The notes beneath the pieces are model-generated. The model saw only the letters and a program-made list of their open reading frames with translations. It was not told where the DNA came from and did not search any database. A stretch of 64,000 bases of DNA from contig CM000155.2 in the NCBI GenBank assembly GCA_000004695.1, positions 64,001-128,000 on the forward strand, written 5' to 3'. The stretch is from Dictyostelium discoideum (lineage: Eukaryota). A program made the translations under genes and the position numbers. Below are positions 1 through 14,788 of the stretch, piece by piece; within the stretch, counting starts at the first letter, position 1; every line of letters begins with the position of its first letter.

Positions 1-136
1 AAAAAAAAAAAAAAAAAAAAACCATATATTTGGTACATATTGAAAAGTTCTGTAATAATAGAAACTGTATTTGTAACCTTATAATAAAAACACCATTAAA
101 AAAGAAAAGAAATCTAAATATATACTTCCAAATTTT

Positions 137-175
<39 letters not shown>

Positions 176-285
176 CCTAAAAGGCCCCTAAAAAAGAAAG
201 AAAATTTTTAAATAAATTAAATCCTTTTTTCTTAATTATCAAACAAACCTTTTCATATTGATTTAATCTGTGCAATTATTTTTAT

Positions 286-318
<33 letters not shown>

Positions 319-400
319 CTCTTGGGAATAAACTAAAAATAACACTTGTTTAACAACACAACTTTTTTTTTTTTATTTTATTTAATTTTTTTTTTTTCCT

Positions 401-432
<32 letters not shown>

Positions 433-823
433 TTGGTCTTTTTTTTTTTTTTTCATATTTTTTTTTTTTTTTTTTCATATAATTATATTTTATCAACCCA
501 CCAATCACTTTTTTATTATTAATTTGTGTGTGTATTTGATTCAAATAATAAGTAAAAAAATAAAAAAATAAAAAATAAAAAAAAAAAAACGGTAATAGTA
601 AATAAAATAAAAAAATAAAAAAAAAAAAAAACCATTAGTAAATAAAATAAATAATATATAAATAAATTTCAATCCATATATATATAAATAAATTATCAAC
701 CCATATATATATATAAATTTTTTTTTTTAAAAAAAAATAAAAAACAATTTATTTTATTTTCCTTTTTTTTTACATATTTTTTTTTTTTTTTTTAAATTTT
801 TTTTTTGCGTATACTGTCCTTTG

Positions 824-3800
824 ATGACAAGTATTGAAAACCCCATATCACAAAATATCTATTATTTTGTTATTGTACCATTAATTTGTTTTGCAATTTA
901 TTGGGTGTTTTCATTTAGAAAAACAAAAACAACAACAACACCAGTCACCACAACAACAACCGAATCACCAATCCCAACAGAGGAAGTTGAGGAAACTAAA
1001 ACATTCAACTCATCATCATCATCATCATCATCATCATCAACAACAACAAAAAAAACACCAACAATTGAAGAATTATTAATTACTAATACTATTGATATAA
1101 ATAATAATAATAAACCAAAAAAAACTATTGAAGAAATTATGTTTAATATAAAAAAGAGAAAAGAGAGTATAACAGGTATACCACCAATAAATGTTAATAG
1201 TCCACAATCAGTTCCATTGAGTGGAACATTGCAATCACCATTGATTACACCAAATTCACCAAATTTTGTTTCACGTCAATGTCCATTCAAAAAGTTTGGA
1301 TGTAGTAGTTTTTTAGTTTCAAAGGCAGAGTTTGATAATCACTTAAAGGATGACGCACAATTTCATTTACAATTGGCAGTGGAGAAATTTGATCATCAAT
1401 TTGATTTACACACACAATTGATGGCACATTTTACTGAGCAAATGGAGGATCAATTAGAGAAAACAATGAAGGTCGTACGTAATCATACAGATAGTTTAGG
1501 CGGTAATGTTCAAACCAAATTGGATGAAGGCATTGAAAAATGTATGGCTTTTGCTAAAAAGGTTGAACAACAACAACAACAATTGGCCAAAAGATTAATC
1601 ACTCAACAAATTCAAGAGAAGAAATCAACCTCTTCACCTTTAGTTAAAGGTGGTATTAGTGGTGGTGGTGGTAGTGGTGGCGATGATTCTTTTGATGGCG
1701 CAAATATATCATCAATGTCAACTAGTAAACAAGAATTACAACAAGAATTACAATCATTATCAATTAAAATGAAAAAAGAATTGACAGAATTATCCGATGA
1801 ACTATCACAAAAATTAGAACGTTCAACAGGTAATATAGATATTAAAATAAAGAGAATCGAAGGTGAAGTTAATGAAAAGATTGATAAACGTCAATTGGTC
1901 TCTACGATCGATGATTCAATTGGAAAGAAAACAGATTCCATCGGTTATACATTGGAGAGTTCAATCATTAAAAAGGTTGAAGAGAAAGAGAAAAAGAAAT
2001 CCGAACAAAATCAACTTCTCTTTGATTCAAAGATTGAATCCTTAAAAGATAAGATTAAAATCATTGAAACTCAACAATTGGATACTTCATCAGAGGTTAG
2101 AAAATTGAAATTAGAAAGTACAAGTAGTGGAAATTTAATGGCAGGTCTTAATGGTACCTCTGGTAGACCTTCATCATCTTCTCACTTTATTCCATCCTCT
2201 GTTTCTGCCGCTGCTAACAATATCAACAAGAATGAAATCATGGAAGAGGTTAAAAAGGTAGAAGAGAAACTTCAAAAGAAAATTCGTGAAGAGATTGATA
2301 ATACAAAATCTGAACTCTCAAAGGTTGAACGTTCCGTTAAAGATAATCGTAGTGAAATTGAAGGTTTGGAAAAAGATTGTAAGAATCAATTCGATAAACA
2401 AGACAATAAGATCAAACAAGTTGAGGATGATTTGAAAAAGAGTGATTCATTACTTTTGTTAATGCAAAATAACCTCAAGAAATATAATGAATTTGTTGAT
2501 AGAGAACGTGATCGTGAAAGTGAACGTTTGAAACTTCAAGATTCTATCAAACGTTTAGAACAAAATCAAAAGAAAATCGAAGCTGAAATTCAAGAAGGTA
2601 ATGAACAAGTTGAACGTGTTTTACGTGAGGAAGCTTCAATCTCACCAATTAGTTCAGTTCCAAAATCACCAATCACAACCAAACGTTCATCGATTATTTT
2701 AAATTCACCACCAATGACTTCACAACAATCATCACCAAAGATTCAAGATCTTCTCTCAAGTAGTGGTAGTAGTAGTGTTAGTGGTATAAATATTTCCTCT
2801 GAAACCGGTGAAATGGGTATTCTTTGGGAATTTGATCCAATCATTAACAAATGGATTAGATTATCAATGAAGCTAAAGGTAGAAAGAAAACCATTTGCAG
2901 AGGGTGCTCTTAGAGAGGCTTATCATACCGTTTCATTGGGTGTTGGAACCGATGAAAATTATCCATTAGGTACAACCACCAAATTATTCCCACCAATTGA
3001 AATGATTTCACCAATTTCAAAGAATAATGAGGCAATGACTCAATTGAAGAATGGTACAAAATTTGTTTTGAAACTCTACAAAAAGGAAGCTGAACAACAA
3101 GCTAGCAGAGAATTATACTTTGAAGATGTTAAAATGCAAATGGTCTGTAGAGATTGGGGTAATAAATTCAATCAAAAGAAACCACCAAAGAAAATTGAAT
3201 TCCTTATGTCTTGGGTTGTAGAGTTAATCGATAGATCTCCTTCTTCCAATGGTCAACCAATACTTTGTTCCATTGAACCATTATTGGTTGGTGAATTCAA
3301 AAAGAATAATTCAAATTATGGTGCAGTTTTAACCAATCGTTCAACTCCACAAGCATTCTCTCATTTCACCTATGAACTCTCAAATAAACAAATGATCGTT
3401 GTCGATATTCAAGGTGTTGATGATCTTTACACTGATCCTCAAATTCATACACCCGATGGTAAAGGATTTGGTCTTGGTAATCTTGGTAAAGCAGGTATCA
3501 ATAAATTCATCACCACTCACAAATGTAATGCTGTTTGTGCTCTTTTAGATTTAGATGTTAAATTGGGTGGTGTACTATCTGGAAATAATAAGAAACAACT
3601 TCAACAAGGTACTATGGTTATGCCAGATATTCTCCCAGAACTTATGCCATCTGATAACACCATTAAAGTGGGTGCAAAACAACTTCCAAAAGCTGAATTC
3701 TCAAAGAAAGATCTCAAATGTGTTAGCACCATTCAAAGTTTCCGTGAACGTGTTAACTCGATCGCATTCTTTGATAATCAAAAGTTATTATGCGCTGGTT

Positions 3801-4579
3801 ATGGTGATGGTACCTATAGAGTTTTCGATGTCAATGACAATTGGAAATGTTTATACACTGTCAATGGTCATAGAAAATCAATTGAAAGTATCGCTTGTAA
3901 TAGTAATTACATTTTCACTTCATCACCTGATAACACCATCAAAGTTCATATCATTCGTAGTGGTAACACCAAATGTATAGAGACATTGGTTGGTCACACT
4001 GGTGAAGTTAATTGTGTCGTGGCCAATGAAAAATATCTTTTCAGTTGTAGTTATGATAAAACTATCAAGGTTTGGGATTTGTCAACCTTTAAAGAAATTA
4101 AATCATTTGAGGGTGTTCATACAAAGTACATTAAAACATTGGCTTTGAGTGGACGTTATCTTTTTAGTGGTGGTAACGATCAAATCATTTACGTTTGGGA
4201 TACTGAAACACTTAGTATGCTTTTCAATATGCAAGGTCATGAAGATTGGGTACTCTCTCTTCATTGTACCGCTAGTTATCTTTTCTCAACCTCAAAAGAT
4301 AATGTCATCAAGATTTGGGATCTCTCAAATTTCAGTTGTATCGATACTCTAAAAGGTCATTGGAATTCTGTCTCAAGTTGTGTCGTAAAAGATCGTTATC
4401 TATACAGTGGTTCTGAAGATAATTCAATCAAAGTTTGGGATCTCGATACACTTGAATGTGTTTACACCATTCCAAAATCTCATTCTTTGGGTGTAAAATG
4501 TTTAATGGTTTTCAATAATCAAATCATTTCTGCTGCTTTCGATGGTTCAATTAAAGTTTGGGAATGGCAATCGAAATAA
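824..4579 (+). CDS. Alpha-kinase family protein with coiled-coil region and C-terminal WD40 beta-propeller (myosin heavy chain kinase-like); N-terminal hydrophobic segment and a TRAF-like Cys/His motif
   Basis: Single uninterrupted ORF; the track's first M is a TTG at 821, and the first ATG is at 824. The N-terminus has a hydrophobic stretch (YYFVIVPLICFAIYWVFSF) and a Cys/His motif (CPFKKFGCSSFLVSKAEFDNHLKDDAQFHLQ). A long coiled-coil-like K/E-rich middle follows. The atypical alpha-kinase catalytic domain is recognisable (WEFDPIINKWIRLSMKLKVERKPFAEGALREAYHT ... GVDDLYTDPQIHTPDGKGFGLGNLGKAGINKFITTHKCNAVCALLDL). Seven WD40-like repeats follow, each ending in IKVWDL or similar. This architecture matches the Dictyostelium MHCK A-D family; I cannot assign the paralog. 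Confidence 0.85.
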   Translation: MTSIENPISQNIYYFVIVPLICFAIYWVFSFRKTKTTTTPVTTTTTESPIPTEEVEETKTFNSSSSSSSSSSTTTKKTPTIEELLITNTIDINNNNKPKKTIEEIMFNIKKRKESITGIPPINVNSPQSVPLSGTLQSPLITPNSPNFVSRQCPFKKFGCSSFLVSKAEFDNHLKDDAQFHLQLAVEKFDHQFDLHTQLMAHFTEQMEDQLEKTMKVVRNHTDSLGGNVQTKLDEGIEKCMAFAKKVEQQQQQLAKRLITQQIQEKKSTSSPLVKGGISGGGGSGGDDSFDGANISSMSTSKQELQQELQSLSIKMKKELTELSDELSQKLERSTGNIDIKIKRIEGEVNEKIDKRQLVSTIDDSIGKKTDSIGYTLESSIIKKVEEKEKKKSEQNQLLFDSKIESLKDKIKIIETQQLDTSSEVRKLKLESTSSGNLMAGLNGTSGRPSSSSHFIPSSVSAAANNINKNEIMEEVKKVEEKLQKKIREEIDNTKSELSKVERSVKDNRSEIEGLEKDCKNQFDKQDNKIKQVEDDLKKSDSLLLLMQNNLKKYNEFVDRERDRESERLKLQDSIKRLEQNQKKIEAEIQEGNEQVERVLREEASISPISSVPKSPITTKRSSIILNSPPMTSQQSSPKIQDLLSSSGSSSVSGINISSETGEMGILWEFDPIINKWIRLSMKLKVERKPFAEGALREAYHTVSLGVGTDENYPLGTTTKLFPPIEMISPISKNNEAMTQLKNGTKFVLKLYKKEAEQQASRELYFEDVKMQMVCRDWGNKFNQKKPPKKIEFLMSWVVELIDRSPSSNGQPILCSIEPLLVGEFKKNNSNYGAVLTNRSTPQAFSHFTYELSNKQMIVVDIQGVDDLYTDPQIHTPDGKGFGLGNLGKAGINKFITTHKCNAVCALLDLDVKLGGVLSGNNKKQLQQGTMVMPDILPELMPSDNTIKVGAKQLPKAEFSKKDLKCVSTIQSFRERVNSIAFFDNQKLLCAGYGDGTYRVFDVNDNWKCLYTVNGHRKSIESIACNSNYIFTSSPDNTIKVHIIRSGNTKCIETLVGHTGEVNCVVANEKYLFSCSYDKTIKVWDLSTFKEIKSFEGVHTKYIKTLALSGRYLFSGGNDQIIYVWDTETLSMLFNMQGHEDWVLSLHCTASYLFSTSKDNVIKIWDLSNFSCIDTLKGHWNSVSSCVVKDRYLYSGSEDNSIKVWDLDTLECVYTIPKSHSLGVKCLMVFNNQIISAAFDGSIKVWEWQSK

Positions 4580-4591
4580 TCTTTGTAAATT

Positions 4592-4623
<32 letters not shown>

Positions 4624-4636
4624 TAATAGTAATAAC

Positions 4637-4668
<32 letters not shown>

Positions 4669-5232
4669 TACCTTCAATTTATTTTATAAAACTATTACAT
4701 AAATATATATATATAAATATATACATCAACATCCATATTTATTACAATTAAAAATAGAAAAAAAAAAAATTTAAAAAAAATAAAAACAAATAATATTTGT
4801 AAAAAATAAATTAAAAAAAAAGAAATAAAAAAAAAAAAGTTAATATTATCTTTTTATTTGTATTTTATTACTTTATACATAACCCCACTTTTAAAAATTA
4901 AAAAAAATAAAAATAAAAAAAAAAAAAAAAAAGATATAACAAAATTGAATATTTGAATAATCTTAAGTAAAATAAATACCACATTTTCAAATTACAAAAA
5001 TTATTATTATTATTAGTTATCATAATTTCTAGGTTTTATTAATAATGATCGATTAGGTTAAATATAATTATTTAAAAAAAAATTTTAAAATATTTACAAA
5101 TAAATCCAAAAAAAAAACTATTTAAACAGGATTTTTTTTATTTTTTTTATATAAATCAAAACAATCAATAAAAATACTAATTATATAAAAAATTCATTTT
5201 ATAAAAATCTATATTAAAAATAAAACTTAAAG

Positions 5233-5619
5233 ATGATGATTAAAGCTATCCTTTTAATTTCTTGTATCTTTGCATTCTTATCAATGGGTGTTATTTCTGA
5301 CTCTAACCAAATTTCAATGTCTCAAAATCAAACATCAACATGGGATGATAAAAATACCACATTTACTGTTTGGGAAGTGATGTTGGTAAATAATTGGAAT
5401 GCAACAATTATTGACTTGACCATTACTGCAACCGCTAATTTCTTTTCTTCAAAACCAAGTGATATTTGGAATGTTGAAAAAGTTTCTGACAAAGTTTACC
5501 ATTTCCAACCATATTTAATCCAAAATGGTTTATCAACTGGTGAAAACTTCACCTTTGGTTATATCAATGAAGCTAAAACACAAGCAACATTTGAAATCTC
5601 AAACATTAAAACTAAATAA
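5233..5619 (+). CDS. Small secreted protein (signal peptide plus single beta-rich domain with conserved Trp/aromatic pattern; possible carbohydrate-binding-module-like domain)
   Basis: ATG at 5233 followed by a classic signal peptide (MMIKAILLISCIFAFLSMGVISD). The 128-aa ORF carries W/N/T-rich motifs (TFTVWEVMLVNNWNATIIDL ... GENFTFGYI) reminiscent of small CBM-type domains. Single exon. The function call is tentative. Confidence 0.5.
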   Translation: MMIKAILLISCIFAFLSMGVISDSNQISMSQNQTSTWDDKNTTFTVWEVMLVNNWNATIIDLTITATANFFSSKPSDIWNVEKVSDKVYHFQPYLIQNGLSTGENFTFGYINEAKTQATFEISNIKTK

Positions 5620-5907
5620 ATTAATTCATCAAATTTAATTTATTTTTGTAAAACCAATTATTATTTATATTATAAAATAATAAAAATAAAAAATTAAAAA
5701 ATAAATAAATAAATTTTATTTTTAAAATTATTTCAAATTATTTTTTTTTTTTTTAAATAGATTTTTTAATTTATTAGAAAGAAATAGAAAATATATTATT
5801 TATTTTTTTTTTTTTTAAATTTTTATTTTTTATTTTTTTCCATCACAAACCAATTTATTTTTTTTTTTTTTTTTATTTTTTATTTTAATTTAAAAAATTT
5901 TTAATAA

Positions 5908-6492
5908 ATGGAAAAAAAAAAAAATTTAGAACAAGATTGTATTTTTAGAATAGTTATTATTGGATATGACTATGAGTGTGGTATAAAATCGTTATTAAAA
6001 AAGTTTACTTTGGGAGAGTTTTCACCATTTCCTGAAAGTCAGGTTGGTGTAGACTTTGATATTAAAACTATAAATGTTGATAATCAAGATATTAAACTTC
6101 AAATTTGGCCCCAAAATAAATATTTTAATGACACTTCAGATAAAAGAGATTTCCTTTACAAGGGAGCCCATGGATATTTATTAGTGTATGGATGTCATAG
6201 CCAAAAAAGTTTTGATAATCTATTAAATGATTGGATGGTTCAAATTGATAAATTTTCAAATGAATTCTCTAAAAGGAATTTAGTTTTGGTTTGTAATAAT
6301 TCTGAAACTCCTGAAACATACATGACCAAACCAAATTACCTTGTTGATTCCAATATTACCAAACAATGGGCAAATTCAAAAAATATTCCTTTTTTTGAAA
6401 TTAACCCAAAAGAGAACTTTAATGTTGATGAACCTTTTATACAACTTGCAAGGCTAATTAAAAACCAAAATTTTATTAATTCTACCAAATAG
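5908..6492 (+). CDS. Degenerate Ras/Rab-like small GTPase fold protein (pseudo-GTPase: P-loop and switch II catalytic motifs not conserved)
   Basis: ATG at 5908, 194 aa. The overall small-GTPase layout is present, but the canonical motifs are replaced: IVIIGYDYECGIKS stands where the P-loop GxxxxGK[ST] should be, DFDIKTI replaces the switch I region, and LQIWPQNKYF replaces DTAGQE. The remainder (GAHGYLLVYGCHSQKSFDNL ... LVLVCNNSE) still aligns to G4/G5-region topology (NKxD replaced by CNNSE). Coding-like composition. Confidence 0.6.
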   Translation: MEKKKNLEQDCIFRIVIIGYDYECGIKSLLKKFTLGEFSPFPESQVGVDFDIKTINVDNQDIKLQIWPQNKYFNDTSDKRDFLYKGAHGYLLVYGCHSQKSFDNLLNDWMVQIDKFSNEFSKRNLVLVCNNSETPETYMTKPNYLVDSNITKQWANSKNIPFFEINPKENFNVDEPFIQLARLIKNQNFINSTK

Positions 6493-6727
6493 AAAAGTTT
6501 AATTTTCACTTCCAATTATTAAGGGTATAAATTTCCTTTAATTTCAATTCAATTTTCTCTCTTTAATTTTTTTAAATAAAAAATAAAACTATTTTGAAAA
6601 ATGGGTTTTAATGAAAAAAAAAAAAATAGTTGTATATTAAATCCTTAATGTTTTTTTTTTTTTTTTTTTATTTTTATTTTTATATTTTTTTATTTTATAA
6701 TATTTGTTTTTTTTTTTTAAAATTGAT

Positions 6728-8281
6728 TTACATATGGATTGGCTTATCGTAAGCATCCATAGCAGCTTCTTTAACAGCTTCGGATAAAGTTGGATGACCA
6801 TGACAAGTTCTTGCAATATCTTCACATGAGGCACCATATTCCATAGCTAAAACACATTCACCAATTAATTCACCAGCATTGGTACCCATAATATGAGCAC
6901 CAAGGACTCTATCAGAATCTTTAGCGGCGAGGAATTTAACGAAACCTTCGACATCATCGTTTGTTTTGGCTCTAGAGTTTGCAACGAATGGGAATCTACC
7001 AATATTGTATTGGATACCTTCTTTTTGTAATTCTTCTTCAGTCTTACCAACCCAAGCAACTTCTGGGTGAGTGTAGATAATGGATGGGATGGCACCATAG
7101 TTAACATGACCACCACCATTGTGAATTTGTTCAATGATAGCAATACCTTCTTCTTCAGCTTTGTGAGCAAGCATTGGACCACGGATGGCATCACCAATTG
7201 CGAAAATTGATGGAACTTTAGTGTTAAAGTGATCTCCAACTTCGACACGACCAGCTTTATCGGTTGGGATACCAACTGATTCAAGACCAAGACCACTAGT
7301 ATTTGGACGACGACCAACAGAGACAAGGACAGCATCAGCTTCGAGAGTACCAGTGAAACCACCAGCACCAACTTGTTCAACGGTTACAGTAACCTTACCA
7401 TCAGATTTTTTAACGACAGAGGTAACTTTAGTTTCGAGATGGAATTTCATGTGTTGTTTCTCTAATGATTTTTGGAATTTCTTTGCGACTTCACCATCGG
7501 CACCAGCAGCGATTCTATTTGTAAACTCGACAACAGTGGTTTCAGAACCTAAACGACTCCAAACTGAACCTAATTCTAAACCAATGACACCACCACCAAT
7601 GACGATCAATTTCTTTGGAACACTCTTAAGAGCTAAGGCACCGGTTGAAGAGATGATAGACTCTTCATCGATGTTAACATTTGGAAGTGATGTAACCTCT
7701 GAACCGGTTGCAATGACAATATTTTTGGTTTCGATAGTTTTAACGGAACCGTCATTTAATGTAACTTCGACAGTGTTTGGGCCAGTGATTTTACCGAAAC
7801 CTTTATCATATTTTACTTTGTTCTTTTTGAATAAACCTTCAATACCTGATGTTAAGCCACTGACTGATTTATCTTTGTATTGCATCATTGCTCCCAAATC
7901 TAATTCAACACCTGAACATTTGACACCATATTTGGACATTTTAGTGGTGGCTTCTTCATAAAGATGTGATGCATTCAATAATGCTTTTGATGGAATACAA
8001 CCAACATTTAAACATGTTCCTCCTAATTTACCTCTTTTCTCTACAACTGTAACTTTCATACCTAATTGACCTGCTTTAATACCTGCAACATAACCACCTG
8101 GTCCACCACCAATAACAACAACATCTTGTTGTTCTATTTTTTTTTTTTTTTAAAAAAAATTAATATTAATTTTATTTTTTATTTTTTTATTTTTTTCATA
8201 TTTGTTTATGATAAATAGTTGAAATTTTGATTTTTGTTAAATGAAATTAAAGTGTTAGTATATTATTTTTCTTATTTTTTT

Positions 8282-8330
<49 letters not shown>

Positions 8331-8507
8331 GCTTATAGAGTGGTGTTTTTGATCACGATATTCTCTAGTCTAAATGTTTTATTTATTTATTTTATTTTAT
8401 TTTATTATTAACAAATATTATTTAAGTTTTAAATATCAAAACCTACCAGTTGAGAAGAAACGTTGACCAAAAGTACGTAAGTTAGAAATTCTGTTAATTC
8501 TTAACAT
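6728..8507 (-). CDS. lpd: Dihydrolipoamide dehydrogenase (E3 component of 2-oxoacid dehydrogenase complexes), mitochondrial precursor; 2 exons
   Basis: Model: complement(join(6728..8133,8447..8507)). Exon 1 (ATG at 8507) encodes a mitochondrial presequence, MLRINRISNLRTFGQRFFSTG. The donor is GTAGGT, the intron about 313 nt, and the acceptor ATAG. Exon 2 begins EQQDVVVIGGGPGGYVAGIKAGQLGMKVTVVEKRGKLGGTCLNVGCIPSK, which carries the FAD-binding GxGxxG and the redox-active CLNVGCIPSK disulfide motif. It ends ...HAHPTLSEAVKEAAMDAYDKPIHM. Total 488 aa, in frame. Confidence 0.93.
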
Positions 8508-8611
8508 TTTTAATTATATTAATATTTACAAAGAAAAAAAAAAAAAAAAAAAAAAAAAAATTAGAAAATGAAAATGAAAATGAAAAAAAAAAAAAATTAA
8601 AAAAATTAAAA

Positions 8612-8653
<42 letters not shown>

Positions 8654-8789
8654 GTTTTTTGAGACACATAATTGTTTATATAATTCCCAAATTTACCAAA
8701 AGAATACCTTTGGTTTTAAAATAGAAATTTTAGCTCACGCCATAAAATCATTATTTTATCTTTTTTTAGAAATTTTATTACACCATTTG

Positions 8790-8830
<41 letters not shown>

Positions 8831-8960
8831 TGATTTTCATTTTTTTTAAATTAATTTAGTTCTCATATTTTTTTTTTTTTCATTTTTTTGATTATTATTG
8901 TTATTATTTTTTTATTTTTTTTTAAATGAAAAAGTAAAAGAATATAGCCATCAACCAAGA

Positions 8961-14028
<5,068 letters not shown>

Positions 14029-14540
14029 TTTCCAAAAAAAAAAAAAAAATAAAAATAAAAATAAATATTAAAAAAATAATTAAGAAAGTAAAAAATCAAA
14101 TTCACTTTTAAAAGGGTATCACCCAAAAAAGTTAGATTTTTAAAAACTTAATAATAAAAAAAAAAAAAAAGGTTGTGTTTTTATTTTTAAGTTTTTAAAA
14201 AACCATTATCATTAATTAAAATTATTTTTTTTAAAATTATTTTTAATGACAACCACACTGTTTTATTTTTTTAATTGTGAAAAATAAGATAGTGGGGGAT
14301 GTTGAAAAAAAAAAAAAAAAAAAAATTTTCTCCCTCTTTGTAAAATTCTTGAGTAATTTTTTTTTTGGCGCCAAAAAAAAAAAAAAAAAAAGTTTGTTTA
14401 TGTCAGACAGAGGTGGTTCCAACATGTTTTAATATAAAACGGAAGAAAAAAAAAAAAAAATTATATTTTCAAACATTTTTTTAAAGTACAAACAAAGTGT
14501 AAGTAAGAAAACAATAAAAAACAAATAAATAGGAAAAAGA

Positions 14541-14572
<32 letters not shown>

Positions 14573-14788
14573 TTATTTCTTTTTTTGGTTTTTTTGAACT
14601 CTCTCTGTGAATAAAAAATTTTTATTTTTTTTTTTTTAAAAAAAAAAAATATAAATTTTTTTTTTTTTATTTTTTTTTTTTTTAAAAAAAAAAAAAATTT
14701 CGTTTTTGTGCGTACAAACTAAAAAAATTTTTTTTTTATTTTAAATTTTTTTTTTTAGTTTTTCATAAGATAGAGATAGAAAGTTAAA

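Noticed and set aside
350-544. ORF encoding poly-Lys peptide (minus strand) in the first 800 nt
   Set aside because: It is a translation of poly(T)/poly(A) intergenic filler. It has no start context or complexity, and it lies in the 5' flank of the alpha-kinase gene.
821-823. Leading M residues in many track ORFs (e.g. 821, 30895, 36989, 47588, 52520, 57338, 58642)
   Set aside because: Checking the nucleotides shows these are TTG or GTG codons, so the ORF caller evidently allows alternative starts. Real starts were taken at ATG (for example 824) or inferred from splice acceptors.
6865-7961. ORFs 6865..7380 (-) and 7353..7961 (+) of 171 and 202 aa
   Set aside because: They lie entirely inside lpd exon 2 in other frames or on the opposite strand. 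They have no motifs and are likely frame artefacts of a GC-richer coding region.
14029-14030. Possible additional 3' exon of med14 via ATTAG|GTAATT donor at 14024
   Set aside because: The downstream 700 nt are poly(A)/poly(T) filler with no open frame before ranA, so the TAA at 14026-14028 was accepted as the stop. This is stated with low confidence.
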